From contig CAWBWI010000001.1 of NCBI GenBank assembly GCA_963792585.1, forward strand, positions 704,001-768,000: a DNA stretch of 64,000 nucleotides, written 5' to 3'. This document shows positions 33,608-42,711 of this stretch, piece by piece. This stretch comes from Candidatus Eiseniibacteriota bacterium. Lineage in GTDB: Bacteria; Eisenbacteria; RBG-16-71-46; CAIMUX01; VGJL01. The notes under the pieces are model-generated. The model was not told the DNA's origin and ran no database searches. It saw only the letters and a list, made by a program, of their open reading frames with translations. The number at the start of each line of letters is the position of its first letter. Within the stretch, counting starts at the first letter, position 1. A program made the translations under genes and the position numbers.

Positions 33608-35145
33608 ACGGCGCATCCCGACTGCTGCCGTTGCTTCTGGTGGCCATCTTCCTCGCAGCCCTTGCGGGAGGTCTCGCGGGGGTGAGCGGGCCTCGGGCCT
33701 ATCTTCCCCGGCTGCTCCTGCTGATCTCCGCGGTCGCCTTTCTCGCCTTCCTCTACCGCGGTCGTGGGGACATCGCGTTCCTCTTCCTCCGCGCCCGCCG
33801 CGCTTCGGAGCCCGGACCCGCCACCACCTGGCTCCTCGCCGCCGCCATCCTGCTGCTGGGTTCCGCTCTGCTTTCCCGCATTCCGAACCGGGTCGACGTG
33901 ACGGCGCGCCGTATGAACCGGCTGAGCGAGGCGAGCCAGGCCGTTCTCGCATCGGGGAAAGAACCCCTCGAGATGATCGGCGTCTACCGGGAGACCAGCG
34001 CGCTGCGCGATCGCGCCGTCGACTTGCTCGAGAACTACCGAAACGCCTCTCGGCGGATCCAGGTGCGCATGCTCGATCCGGACCGCCAGCCGGAGGAGGC
34101 GCGTGCGCTCGGCTTGACGCGCGTAGGGATCGTCGTCGTACGTTCCGGCGCGGTGAAGGAGGAAGTAGACGACCTGACCGAGGATGGGATGACGCAGGCG
34201 ATCCTGCGGGTGGAACACCCAGCGCGGACTCGGATCCTTTTCGTCAGCGGTCACGGAGAAGCTCCGATCGACGACGCAGGCCCATCCGGTCTCGGGCGAT
34301 TCACGGCCGCCCTGCGGCAGTCGGGGTACGACGCGGGCGAGATTCGGCTCTTCGAGCAGGCAATTGGGCCCGACGTCGCCGCGCTCGCCGTCATCGGCCC
34401 GCAACGGGACTTCCTGCCGGGTGAGATCGACAAGCTGGGTCGGTACATGGATGGAGGCGGCCGGCTTCTCCTCTGTCTGGAGCCGGGCGCCGACGGCGGA
34501 CTCGCGTCCCTCCTGAGAATGCGGGGTATCAGTCTCGACAGCCTGGAGGTGTACGACGAGAGCCCGGCCACACGAGGGCTGGCAATGGGGCCGCGGACCT
34601 TGCTCGTGACCGAATATGCGTCGCACCCGATCCTAGGTTCCGGGGCCGGCTACACGGTGTTTTCCGGCGCACGGACAATCAGCCTCTCGAAGGATGCCGT
34701 TTGGGGCGTCGATGCGAAGACCCTCTTCCGAACCGGGCCCCAGGCGCGGAAGGCGTCGATCGGCTCCGAAACGGTCGGCCCGTCCGGGCCCGCCGTGTCG
34801 CAGCCCATCGCGGTAGTGGAGGAATGGGAAGTCACCGCAAGTGGAAACGCCGCGCCCGGTGAGTCGGCCCCTGAGAAATCGTACGCGCGCATGATTGTCG
34901 TGGGGGACAGCGATTGGCTCGAAGGGCAGTTCATCGACCTCTACGCGAATCGCGACCTTGGCCTTCGCAGCATGCACTGGCTCGCCCGGCGTGAATTCTT
35001 GCTTCGGATCCCGCCGATGGATTTGCGCGGAACACCGCTGCGTATCGGGCTCTCCGGAATGCGGGCGCTGTTCTACCTTCTTCAAGTCGGATTGCCGCTC
35101 AGCCTGCTCGGAATCGGCCTCTGGGTCTGGACCCGGAGGCGTTAG
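33604..35145 (+). CDS. GldG-like ABC transporter auxiliary protein
   Basis: GTGA overlap; N-terminal TMs, DVT....LSEAS, LDPDRQP, F.SGHGE, GP..DF, VVGDSD, N.DL....WL, C-terminal TM. Confidence 0.85.
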   Translation: MNGASRLLPLLLVAIFLAALAGGLAGVSGPRAYLPRLLLLISAVAFLAFLYRGRGDIAFLFLRARRASEPGPATTWLLAAAILLLGSALLSRIPNRVDVTARRMNRLSEASQAVLASGKEPLEMIGVYRETSALRDRAVDLLENYRNASRRIQVRMLDPDRQPEEARALGLTRVGIVVVRSGAVKEEVDDLTEDGMTQAILRVEHPARTRILFVSGHGEAPIDDAGPSGLGRFTAALRQSGYDAGEIRLFEQAIGPDVAALAVIGPQRDFLPGEIDKLGRYMDGGGRLLLCLEPGADGGLASLLRMRGISLDSLEVYDESPATRGLAMGPRTLLVTEYASHPILGSGAGYTVFSGARTISLSKDAVWGVDAKTLFRTGPQARKASIGSETVGPSGPAVSQPIAVVEEWEVTASGNAAPGESAPEKSYARMIVVGDSDWLEGQFIDLYANRDLGLRSMHWLARREFLLRIPPMDLRGTPLRIGLSGMRALFYLLQVGLPLSLLGIGLWVWTRRR

Positions 35146-35147
35146 CC

Positions 35148-36476
35148 GTGGGCCGCAGGATCGTTTCACCCCTGCAGGGGGGACTTCTCCTCCTCCTCGT
35201 CGGGATGGGGGTGCTCCTCCTCCGAACGCGGGGGGCGCAGGACGGGGCGGGGACGGGGAACCCACCGGCCCCTCCGCCCTTCTCCGCGGCGAACGTGGAG
35301 GAGATTTCGTTCCGTCGGGGAGCCAGCTTCGTTCGCGTCGTGCGCGAAAGCAACGGCTTCTGGATCGTCGAGCCGTACCGGGATCGCGCGGCGGAGGAGT
35401 TGATCGCCCAGTCCCTCAGGGTCGCTTCGACTCTGGAGCCTCTTCGCGTCCTACCCGATACCATGGGCGCCCCCTTCGGTCTGGCGCCTCCTTTCGCCGT
35501 TTGGCGATGCGTCTGGTCCGGCGGTGAGTACGTCATCGCCCTGGGAGATTCGATTCCGGCGGGAGGAGGACGCTATGCGCGGCGGACAGGGTCTCGCGAG
35601 GTCATGGTCGTCGACCCCTTCCTCGCTCGCCGATTTCTGGCGCCCCCAATCCAGGACCTTCACAGCATGGCGGCCTGTCCGCTGGGGGTGGGTCCGATCG
35701 ACTCCGTCCGTATCGTGACGCGTGATGAGAGGATCGTGGTGGTCCGTCGTAGGGCGGACTTCTGGGAAATCGTCGCCCCGATCCATGCCGAAGCCTCTGC
35801 GGCGGAAGTCGCCCGGGCCGTCCAGAACCTGCGGACGACAACGATGACCCAGGTTCTCGGGCCGACGGAACGGTTCGACCTGGCGGCATTGGGACTCGAC
35901 CCACCCCGGGCAACCTGGACCCTGGTGCAGGGCGCCAACCGCATGACCGCCCGCATCGGTCATCCCACCCCCGACGAGCGCAGCGCCCATCTGATCCCGG
36001 CCGGCAGAGAGGTCGTGGGCTGGATCGGGACCGAGAGCTTCCGAACCTGGGTGGATGGAGTTGCCGGCCTCAGGGAGTCACGAATGCTCTGGGCTTCGGC
36101 CGACTCCGTCCAGGAAGTCGTGGTCCGGAAGGGTTCCGAGCGCAGGGATTTCGTGAAGAGTCCGGACCGCGGTTGGCGCGAGCTGGCCGCCGCGGAAACC
36201 CTTGAAATCCGGCAGGATGCATTCACCCAGGCCTTGCAGAACCTCTGCGCCGTCAGGGCGATCGCCTACTCGGCCCCGGCGGAGGGCTCCGCCTCCGGTC
36301 CGACCATTCGGATCCGTCTTGGCGGTCCGGGAGGACGCCCGGATAGCGTGGCGCTGAGCCCCCCCGGCGGTGCCTCGGGGGCGGCGCGGGGGACCCGCCA
36401 GCCCACGACATGCATGGTTTCCTCGACCGCCTATCGGACCTGGAGCCTCTGGCTGGGCCGCCCTCTCCGTCCCTGA
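35148..36476 (+). CDS. DUF4340-like membrane-anchored protein
   Basis: N-terminal TM and tandem W.IV.P...A...GL.PP repeats; usual position after gldG-like genes. Confidence 0.7.
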   Translation: MGRRIVSPLQGGLLLLLVGMGVLLLRTRGAQDGAGTGNPPAPPPFSAANVEEISFRRGASFVRVVRESNGFWIVEPYRDRAAEELIAQSLRVASTLEPLRVLPDTMGAPFGLAPPFAVWRCVWSGGEYVIALGDSIPAGGGRYARRTGSREVMVVDPFLARRFLAPPIQDLHSMAACPLGVGPIDSVRIVTRDERIVVVRRRADFWEIVAPIHAEASAAEVARAVQNLRTTTMTQVLGPTERFDLAALGLDPPRATWTLVQGANRMTARIGHPTPDERSAHLIPAGREVVGWIGTESFRTWVDGVAGLRESRMLWASADSVQEVVVRKGSERRDFVKSPDRGWRELAAAETLEIRQDAFTQALQNLCAVRAIAYSAPAEGSASGPTIRIRLGGPGGRPDSVALSPPGGASGAARGTRQPTTCMVSSTAYRTWSLWLGRPLRP

Positions 36477-36574
36477 ACTGATCTTTTCTATTTCAGGATC
36501 ACTTTTTCGTAAACGCGGACCGCAGATCCTCCGACGCATTTGTATGGACGATCGTCCAAAGGAGGTATCTGAAG

Positions 36575-36961
36575 ATGCTGAAGACGAATCAGTGGAAGGT
36601 CACGATGGTCAGCCCGAACCAGATCGCGTCGAAGCACTATCGTTGCTGCACGACGACGAAGGCGGTCCAGAACTTCTGCACGCGGTACGGCGTGAACCAT
36701 TTCTGGTGGACCCCGCCGCAGGGCTCTCACAAGGTCTTCATGATCGATGCCAAGAGCTTCCGGTCGTACTGGAGCCAGGTCTATGGAAAGACCCAGATCC
36801 CGAGCTCGCGCAAGATCACCACGAAGACCACCGCCTTCTCGCGGACGACCTCATCGAACAGGACGAACACCCCGAAGAGGTCGAAGAATACGACCACGAA
36901 CAAGACGTACTCTTTCCACCGCAATAAGGGGACGAAGACCACGTTCCGGCGCGCAGCCTAA
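36575..36961 (+). CDS. Hypothetical highly basic Thr/Lys-rich protein
   Basis: AAAGGAGGT RBS, GC-rich third codon positions, downstream terminator; no recognisable domain. Confidence 0.75.
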   Translation: MLKTNQWKVTMVSPNQIASKHYRCCTTTKAVQNFCTRYGVNHFWWTPPQGSHKVFMIDAKSFRSYWSQVYGKTQIPSSRKITTKTTAFSRTTSSNRTNTPKRSKNTTTNKTYSFHRNKGTKTTFRRAA

Positions 36962-36981
36962 CGCCGCCCCCCGTGACAACG

Positions 36982-37017
36982 GCGACCCCGGGCGCGCGGC
37001 CCGGGGCCGCTTTGCTT
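36982..37017 (+). terminator. Intrinsic terminator
   Basis: GCGACCCCGGGC..GCCCGGGGCCGC hairpin followed by TTTGCTT. Confidence 0.6.
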
Positions 37018-37053
37018 GACCCCGCACCATTCCCGCACTACTCTGCCGAGACG

Positions 37054-37410
37054 ATGCACGGATCCGTGCCGCACCCCGATGGAGCCGTTGTCGTCCTGAC
37101 AACGGTGGAGAACACGGACCAGGCGAGGTCGCTTGCTCGAGACCTCGTCTCCAGGCGGCTCGCTGCTTGTGTGACCGCTCTCCCCGCACGTTCGGTCTAC
37201 TCATGGGAAGGTGGCGTCCACGAGGATGCGGAGGTGCTCCTGCTCATCAAGACTTCTCCGCAAAACGTGGATTACCTCGAGCACTTCCTGCAGGAATCGC
37301 ATCCGTTCGAGTTGCCGGAATTCCTCGTCCTCCCGGTAGGGCGGGGATCGCAGCGGTATCTCGACTGGCTCCACGACGCGACCCAACCGATCGACACGGA
37401 GGAAGGATGA
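37054..37410 (+). CDS. cutA: Divalent-cation tolerance protein CutA
   Basis: VVLTT..A..LA..LV..RLAACV..SVYSWEG..E.LLLIKT..HPFELPE. Confidence 0.92.
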   Translation: MHGSVPHPDGAVVVLTTVENTDQARSLARDLVSRRLAACVTALPARSVYSWEGGVHEDAEVLLLIKTSPQNVDYLEHFLQESHPFELPEFLVLPVGRGSQRYLDWLHDATQPIDTEEG

Positions 37411-38213
37411 ACCACCCCCTCAGCGGCATCATCACGCTCGTGACCGATTTCGGGGTCCGGGACAGCTATGTGGGGACCATGAAGGGGGTCATCCACCGCA
37501 TCCACCGCGATGCCGTGATCGTCGACCTCACCCACGAAATCCATCCTCAAGACCTCATGGAAGCGGCGCTGGTTCTGGAGAATTGCCGCCGTTTCTTCCC
37601 CGAGGGAACGGTTCATGTCGCGGTGGTCGACCCGGGGGTCGGAACCCGCCGCCGACCGATCATCGTCGATGCGGCGGACCATCTCTTCGTCGGGCCCGAC
37701 AATGGAGTCTTCTCGCGGATCCTCGCGTCGCAGGGGCCTGTCGAGGTACGGGAGATCCGCAACGAGAGGTACATCCTCCCCCACATCAGCGACACGTTTC
37801 ACGGTCGGGACATCTTCGCTCCGATTGCGGCCCACCTTGCGAGCGGGACCTCGCCCGGAGACATCGGACCGATCGTGACCGATCCGGCACGACGCGACCC
37901 GCCGCAACCGATCGTCTGGCAGGACCAAATCACGGGCGAGGTGATCCACATCGACAGCTTCGGGAACATCCTGACCAACGTGTCCAGAGAGATCTTCGAG
38001 ATGTGCGTCCGCGGGAAGCGGTTCAAGATCGTCGTCAACGGCAAGGAGATCAGCAGCATTTCACGCAGCTACGAGGACGTGGAACGGGGGAAAGCCCTCG
38101 CCCTGTTCGGCAGCATGGACATGCTCGAGGTCGCAATCCACAGCGGACGCGCCGATCGCCGCATCGGGGCCGGGAAGGGCGACCCCGTCCAGATCATCAC
38201 TGAATCTATCTGA
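37407..38213 (+). CDS. SAM hydrolase / chlorinase-fluorinase family (DUF62)
   Basis: ITLVTDFG..D.YVG.MKG, DLTH, VVDPGVGT.R, GPDNG, TFHGRDIFAP, IDSFGN. Confidence 0.92.
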   Translation: MNHPLSGIITLVTDFGVRDSYVGTMKGVIHRIHRDAVIVDLTHEIHPQDLMEAALVLENCRRFFPEGTVHVAVVDPGVGTRRRPIIVDAADHLFVGPDNGVFSRILASQGPVEVREIRNERYILPHISDTFHGRDIFAPIAAHLASGTSPGDIGPIVTDPARRDPPQPIVWQDQITGEVIHIDSFGNILTNVSREIFEMCVRGKRFKIVVNGKEISSISRSYEDVERGKALALFGSMDMLEVAIHSGRADRRIGAGKGDPVQIITESI

Positions 38214-38303
38214 TGGCTGGAGCGCTTGTTCCGGTCGCCCTCGACTGGTAGAATTGCGCCGGATCGGAAGCCCCCGGTCCGACTACCTTGGAGAAGACAA
38301 TCC

Positions 38304-39662
38304 ATGAAACTCCGCGCTGCCCTAGCGCTTGTCGCGATCCTCGCCGCGCGCCCGAGTCTTGGCGTGAACTGCTACTATGCCGTCCTGCACTCCCACACCT
38401 CCTACTCGGATGGGATCGGAACTCCGGAGGACGCGTTCACCTATGCGCGTGATGTGGCGAATATCGATGTCCTGGGACTCACAGAGCACACGCACCTGCT
38501 CACCGCGACCGAGTGGTCCCAGCTTCTCGCGACCGCCGACAGTTTCTGCCAGGACGGTGTCTTTGTCGCGCTCGGTGCGCAGGAGTTCGGGAATCTGAAC
38601 GACTTCGGTCATCTGGGGATCTACGACTCGCCGTTCAAGAACCCAAATGAGACCGAGAACCTACTCGGCAGCTACCAGTTCATGAGGAGCTACGGGGCGA
38701 TCGGGGGGTTCAATCATCCGAACCCCGAGTACGGGACGAATTTCAACGACCTGGCATTCTACCCAGATTACGTCAACGAGCTGATCTCCATCGAAATCCG
38801 AAACGGAGTCCGGGCCGACGACTACGAGCCTCAGTACATTCAGGCGCTCCGCAACGGCTGGCACATCGGGCCGTTCGCCAACCAGGACAATCACGAAGGA
38901 CACTGGGGAGACCAGGGGAATCCGAATAGCGGGGGACAGATCTACCTTACCGGGATCCTCGCGAACAGCCTGACGAAGGCGGACATCCTGGATGCCCTGC
39001 GTGCCCGGCGTTTCTTCGCCTGCGAGGTGGACCCTCCGTCGGACAGGATGGAGCTGGAGTTTTATGCCAACGGGCAGATCATGGGCTCATCGATCGTATC
39101 TTCGGCTCACCTTGCTTTGACGGGAACGGCCCGCGCGGTCAACGGTGTGAGCCTGTTTAACAGAGTCGACCTCTTTGAAGACGGAGTGATCGTCCGCACC
39201 TCGCAGCAAATCGGCACGAGCATCTCATGGACGTTCGATGAGGGCTTGGTGGACGGTGAGAGCCATTTCTACTTCGTGCGGGTCACGCAGGTCGACGGCG
39301 ACCACTCCTGGTCCGCACCCATCTGGGTGACCGCGGATGTCGATCCGGCCGGCGCGGGGGAGGCGCCCTCAACGGACGGCTTCGCCGTCGGCATCCTGGG
39401 CCCAAATCCTTCCGGGGAGACGACCCGATTCTCGATTCACATTCCCAAGCGGGAGACTGCTGCGGAGGTGTCGATCGACATCTTCGACATCCGGGGAAGG
39501 GTCGTCGGACGGATGGAGCCTCAGCGGTTCGGCCCGGGGTTCCACACCTGGAGCTGGGTGGGTTCGGAGGGTGGCGGAGCGCTTCCCGCCGGCGTCTATT
39601 TCGCCCGCTTGGCGGCCGACGGGAAGCCGGTGGCCTGTCGTCGGTTGGTTCGCATGCCGTAG
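38304..39662 (+). CDS. Secreted PHP-domain metallohydrolase (CehA/McbA-like) with FlgD-Ig/T9SS-like C-terminal domain
   Basis: Signal peptide, LHSHTSYSDG, TEH, FNHP, NQDNH, WSAPIWV; tail PNPS..IFDIRGRVV..W.G..LPAGVYF. Confidence 0.82.
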   Translation: MKLRAALALVAILAARPSLGVNCYYAVLHSHTSYSDGIGTPEDAFTYARDVANIDVLGLTEHTHLLTATEWSQLLATADSFCQDGVFVALGAQEFGNLNDFGHLGIYDSPFKNPNETENLLGSYQFMRSYGAIGGFNHPNPEYGTNFNDLAFYPDYVNELISIEIRNGVRADDYEPQYIQALRNGWHIGPFANQDNHEGHWGDQGNPNSGGQIYLTGILANSLTKADILDALRARRFFACEVDPPSDRMELEFYANGQIMGSSIVSSAHLALTGTARAVNGVSLFNRVDLFEDGVIVRTSQQIGTSISWTFDEGLVDGESHFYFVRVTQVDGDHSWSAPIWVTADVDPAGAGEAPSTDGFAVGILGPNPSGETTRFSIHIPKRETAAEVSIDIFDIRGRVVGRMEPQRFGPGFHTWSWVGSEGGGALPAGVYFARLAADGKPVACRRLVRMP

Positions 39663-40049
39663 AAGCACGCACAATCTAGCCTGAATCTCGCCGGCAACAA
39701 TTTTTCTTCTTGTCTCTACCGCCCGACGCCTAGAAACTCTGGGTAGCCGGGAGGGGAGGAGTCATGGGTGCGCGATGGGTGTCCTGGGCGATTCCGATCG
39801 CTCCGCGTTTCGCGGCGATCGCTGCGAGATCTACCCTCCGTCGGCCGCAACTCCTTGTGCCTTCCGCGATTAGGAGCGATTTCCCCGGGGTTTGGACTCG
39901 TCGAGCCAAGCGCAGTTCGGGCTTCCTCCGGTATCCTCGACGGCGATGGAAATGCCCCGCCCTCTGCGGGGTAGTACCTAGTGTGTCTTGGTCGGTGTTC
40001 ATTTGGGAGGGGCCGGCCGCCGGAGGCGGCCTTCTGGAGGTTGGCAGCG

Positions 40050-40682
40050 ATGCCTCGCTACTTTGAAGATCCGAACCAGTGGGAGAAGCCCGAAAAGAAC
40101 AAGTTTCTCCCCGCCCTTGCGGCAAGAAGTTGGTATCTGGTCGTTCCGCTGATCGCAGTCTGGTGGTTCCACACGAAGGCGGTCGTCCCCCAGATCGCGG
40201 CGATCGATCAGAAAATCGTGGAGGACCGGAAGGAAACCGAGTTGATACGCAGCAAGACGCTGGCCGAGGCGCGCGGGCTCGGGGTAGAGATATCCAAGCT
40301 CCGGGCCGAGGCGGACACCTTCTCCGTGCGCAGCGGTCAATATGCCGCGGTGCTCGACAGCGTACTCGCCATTCAGCGGAAGCACGTCAGCGAGACGCAT
40401 CGGCTCGAGATTCAGTCCGACTCGCTCCGAGCGATCCTCTCCGAAACGGACGGGAAGTCGCTTGTGTATTCGGACTCCTTGACGCGAATGCAAGCGCAAG
40501 TCGATTCGCTCCGCACGCTGATCGATAGCCGCCTGGCCGAGGCAAAGCGCCTGGAAGAGGAGATCGCGGTGAATCGCGACCTCGCCGATCGGCTGAATCG
40601 TCCCGAGATCTATCGAAAGAACACGGCGCTCGTCACCGGATCGGGAAACTACCCGAACCGGGACGCCTTGCCGAAGCGCTAG
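40050..40682 (+). CDS. Single-pass membrane coiled-coil protein
   Basis: GGAGG RBS; WYLVVPLIAVWWF TM followed by heptad-like helix with repeated DSL. Confidence 0.7.
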   Translation: MPRYFEDPNQWEKPEKNKFLPALAARSWYLVVPLIAVWWFHTKAVVPQIAAIDQKIVEDRKETELIRSKTLAEARGLGVEISKLRAEADTFSVRSGQYAAVLDSVLAIQRKHVSETHRLEIQSDSLRAILSETDGKSLVYSDSLTRMQAQVDSLRTLIDSRLAEAKRLEEEIAVNRDLADRLNRPEIYRKNTALVTGSGNYPNRDALPKR

Positions 40683-40697
40683 GGGAGGGATCGAACT

Positions 40698-41678
40698 GTG
40701 GTTCGGCATTGGACGGACGACGATACCCCGAGGGAGAAGTTCAAGCTTCGTCCGAAGCACGCCTTTCTCCTCGTCGACCTGGCGGTCCTGGCGGTCATCT
40801 TCACGGTCGCGGGTCGGATGTATGTGAACTCCCACGGCGCCAAGCTGATCGCCGCCAAGGAACAGCAGCGCGTCGCCGCCCAGGCGGAGAACGCCGCGCT
40901 CTTGATGCAGGCGGACTCCGTTGCGGCCGCCGCGAATTCATCACTCACGGAGATGAAGTCGGAGCATTCCCAGACGATCGACGAGCTTCAGCGTCTCAAG
41001 ACGCAACTCGAGAATGACGTCCCCAGAACGCGGCAACTCGAGCAGGGTCTCTTCCGCCTCTCCGACATGGTCCTCGACCTGCGCGAGCGGAGCGTGGTCG
41101 CGAACAAGGAGTTGAAATCCCGCGAGCGCAACGCGCACGAGAGAAGCGCGGAGGTCGACTCGCTCCGCAACAAGTCGGATCGCACGACGCAGGCGCTCAC
41201 TCAGACCCAAGCCGAGTATGCGAGCGCGACCACGGATCTTGGACAGGCCAAGCAGAGTGAGGCCCATGACCCGAAGGGGCTCTTTCCGGCCTCCACGGGG
41301 GTGGCGCTCCGGCGCGACATGAGCGCCAACCAGGACCTCACCAACCTCGAGTTGCAGCATCTCTTCTATAATTCGGGGATGAACGATCTGGGTGTTTCGA
41401 TGGCCTTTGGACTCGGATCGAACGATGAGGTCGCATCGAACAAGGAGGTGGGGCTCCTTCTGACGCGACCCTTAATTCACCGCAGGCTGGGGCTGGACCT
41501 TGGGGCGGGATTCTCCCAGCTCTCGAATACGGGCGGCACTGATGACAACGGGGCGTACGCGTCGGCGGCCCTGCGACTCTCGCCGTTCTACAAGGAGCGA
41601 TTCCACGTCGGCCTTGGGGCGCGGGCGAGCCACGGGGACTTCGTGCCGTTCCTCGGCTTCTCCATCGGCCGGCGATAG
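40698..41678 (+). CDS. Membrane-anchored coiled-coil protein with C-terminal beta-strand-rich (barrel-like) domain
   Basis: TM AFLLVDLAVLAVIFTVAG, long coiled coil, then amphipathic strands ending VPFLGFSIGRR. Confidence 0.65.
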   Translation: MVRHWTDDDTPREKFKLRPKHAFLLVDLAVLAVIFTVAGRMYVNSHGAKLIAAKEQQRVAAQAENAALLMQADSVAAAANSSLTEMKSEHSQTIDELQRLKTQLENDVPRTRQLEQGLFRLSDMVLDLRERSVVANKELKSRERNAHERSAEVDSLRNKSDRTTQALTQTQAEYASATTDLGQAKQSEAHDPKGLFPASTGVALRRDMSANQDLTNLELQHLFYNSGMNDLGVSMAFGLGSNDEVASNKEVGLLLTRPLIHRRLGLDLGAGFSQLSNTGGTDDNGAYASAALRLSPFYKERFHVGLGARASHGDFVPFLGFSIGRR

Positions 41679-41695
41679 GCGGAGGGACCACGGAG

Positions 41696-42685
41696 ATGGG
41701 TGCGCCGGATTCGATGCAGACCCAGCCGCCGGGACGGCCGCACGCACCGCGTCTCCGCGCGCGTATCTGGGTCTACCTGTCGATCGTGGTTGCACTGCTG
41801 GCATTCCGGGTTGTCCCGGGGTTGGTCAGTCGCTGGAGAACCTCCGAGGAGCTTCGCAATGCTCCCAAGACGCTCACGCTCGCGGGACTGGACCTCGCCC
41901 CCACGCTCATCCCGCGGATCGTCGACTCCTACCGCGTTCTCTACCCGCACATTGAATTCCAGATTCTGCCGGGAGGCACCCGGCAAGCGCTCGAGGACCT
42001 CTTCAATCTGCGGGCCGACGTGGCATTCACGAGCAGGCCGATGACAATCGATGAGCAAAGAATCGTGCGCGCCATCGGAGACACCGCGTTGTCTTTCCCG
42101 ATCGCCCTGGGTGGTATCGCCGTTCTCGGCGCGACTGGAATGCCCCCGGACTCGCTCCCGATCGAGCAGCTCCGACGAATCCTCCGTGGAGATCGCCCGA
42201 GCGATCTGCAGGTTCCGGAGCCGGATCACCTCTACGCGGCGGATCCGAATCTGGGACTCTGGACGGCACTTACGACCCAACTGGGTCTCCCGGACTCCAC
42301 CGGCGCGGCAATCTCCTGGCTCGCGAGCGATTTCGACGTCATCCAGGCCGTGGGAAACGATCGGGGCTCGCTCGGCTTCGTGAGCACGCTCGCGCTGCCC
42401 GCGGACCTCGATCGGCGCGGCGTGCGTCCGATCGGCCTCCGGGGCGAGCAAACCTGGGAGGCCGCGACCCTGACCGAGGGTAACGTCGCCGGCGGGGCCT
42501 ATCCTCTCTTTCACTATCTGTACGTCTCCTGCCGGCCCGAGGGTGGACCGTTGGCCTCCGGGTTCGTCTCGTTTCTGAACAGCGGCAAGGGCCAACGTCT
42601 CGTCGAGCGGGAAGGATTCCTGCCGGCCAGGGCGATGCCTCGCGAGATCGAACTGGTGCAGAGACCGATCAGCGCGACCGGTTGA
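41696..42685 (+). CDS. PstS-like periplasmic binding protein, membrane-anchored
   Basis: GGT..AL.DL....DVAF.SR, IALGGIAV, GSLGFV, G.YPL...LY, FVSFLNS.KGQRLV...GF.P. Confidence 0.78.
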   Translation: MGAPDSMQTQPPGRPHAPRLRARIWVYLSIVVALLAFRVVPGLVSRWRTSEELRNAPKTLTLAGLDLAPTLIPRIVDSYRVLYPHIEFQILPGGTRQALEDLFNLRADVAFTSRPMTIDEQRIVRAIGDTALSFPIALGGIAVLGATGMPPDSLPIEQLRRILRGDRPSDLQVPEPDHLYAADPNLGLWTALTTQLGLPDSTGAAISWLASDFDVIQAVGNDRGSLGFVSTLALPADLDRRGVRPIGLRGEQTWEAATLTEGNVAGGAYPLFHYLYVSCRPEGGPLASGFVSFLNSGKGQRLVEREGFLPARAMPREIELVQRPISATG

Positions 42686-42711
42686 CATCCACGAGGAAGG
42701 GAGAGATCTAG

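Noticed and set aside
32749..35145. 798-aa GldF-GldG fusion in the ORF track
   Set aside because: Artefact of the frameshift near 33262; the permease C-terminus is in another frame and ends at a GTGA overlap with the GldG-like start
37407..38213. Halogenase (fluorinase/chlorinase) pathway
   Set aside because: Housekeeping context next to cutA and TFHGRD motif fit the common SAM hydrolase members; no biosynthetic cluster
39670..40049. Riboswitch or ncRNA in the long leader before the coiled-coil/TonB cluster
   Set aside because: No recognisable aptamer consensus; an Infernal/Rfam scan would be needed
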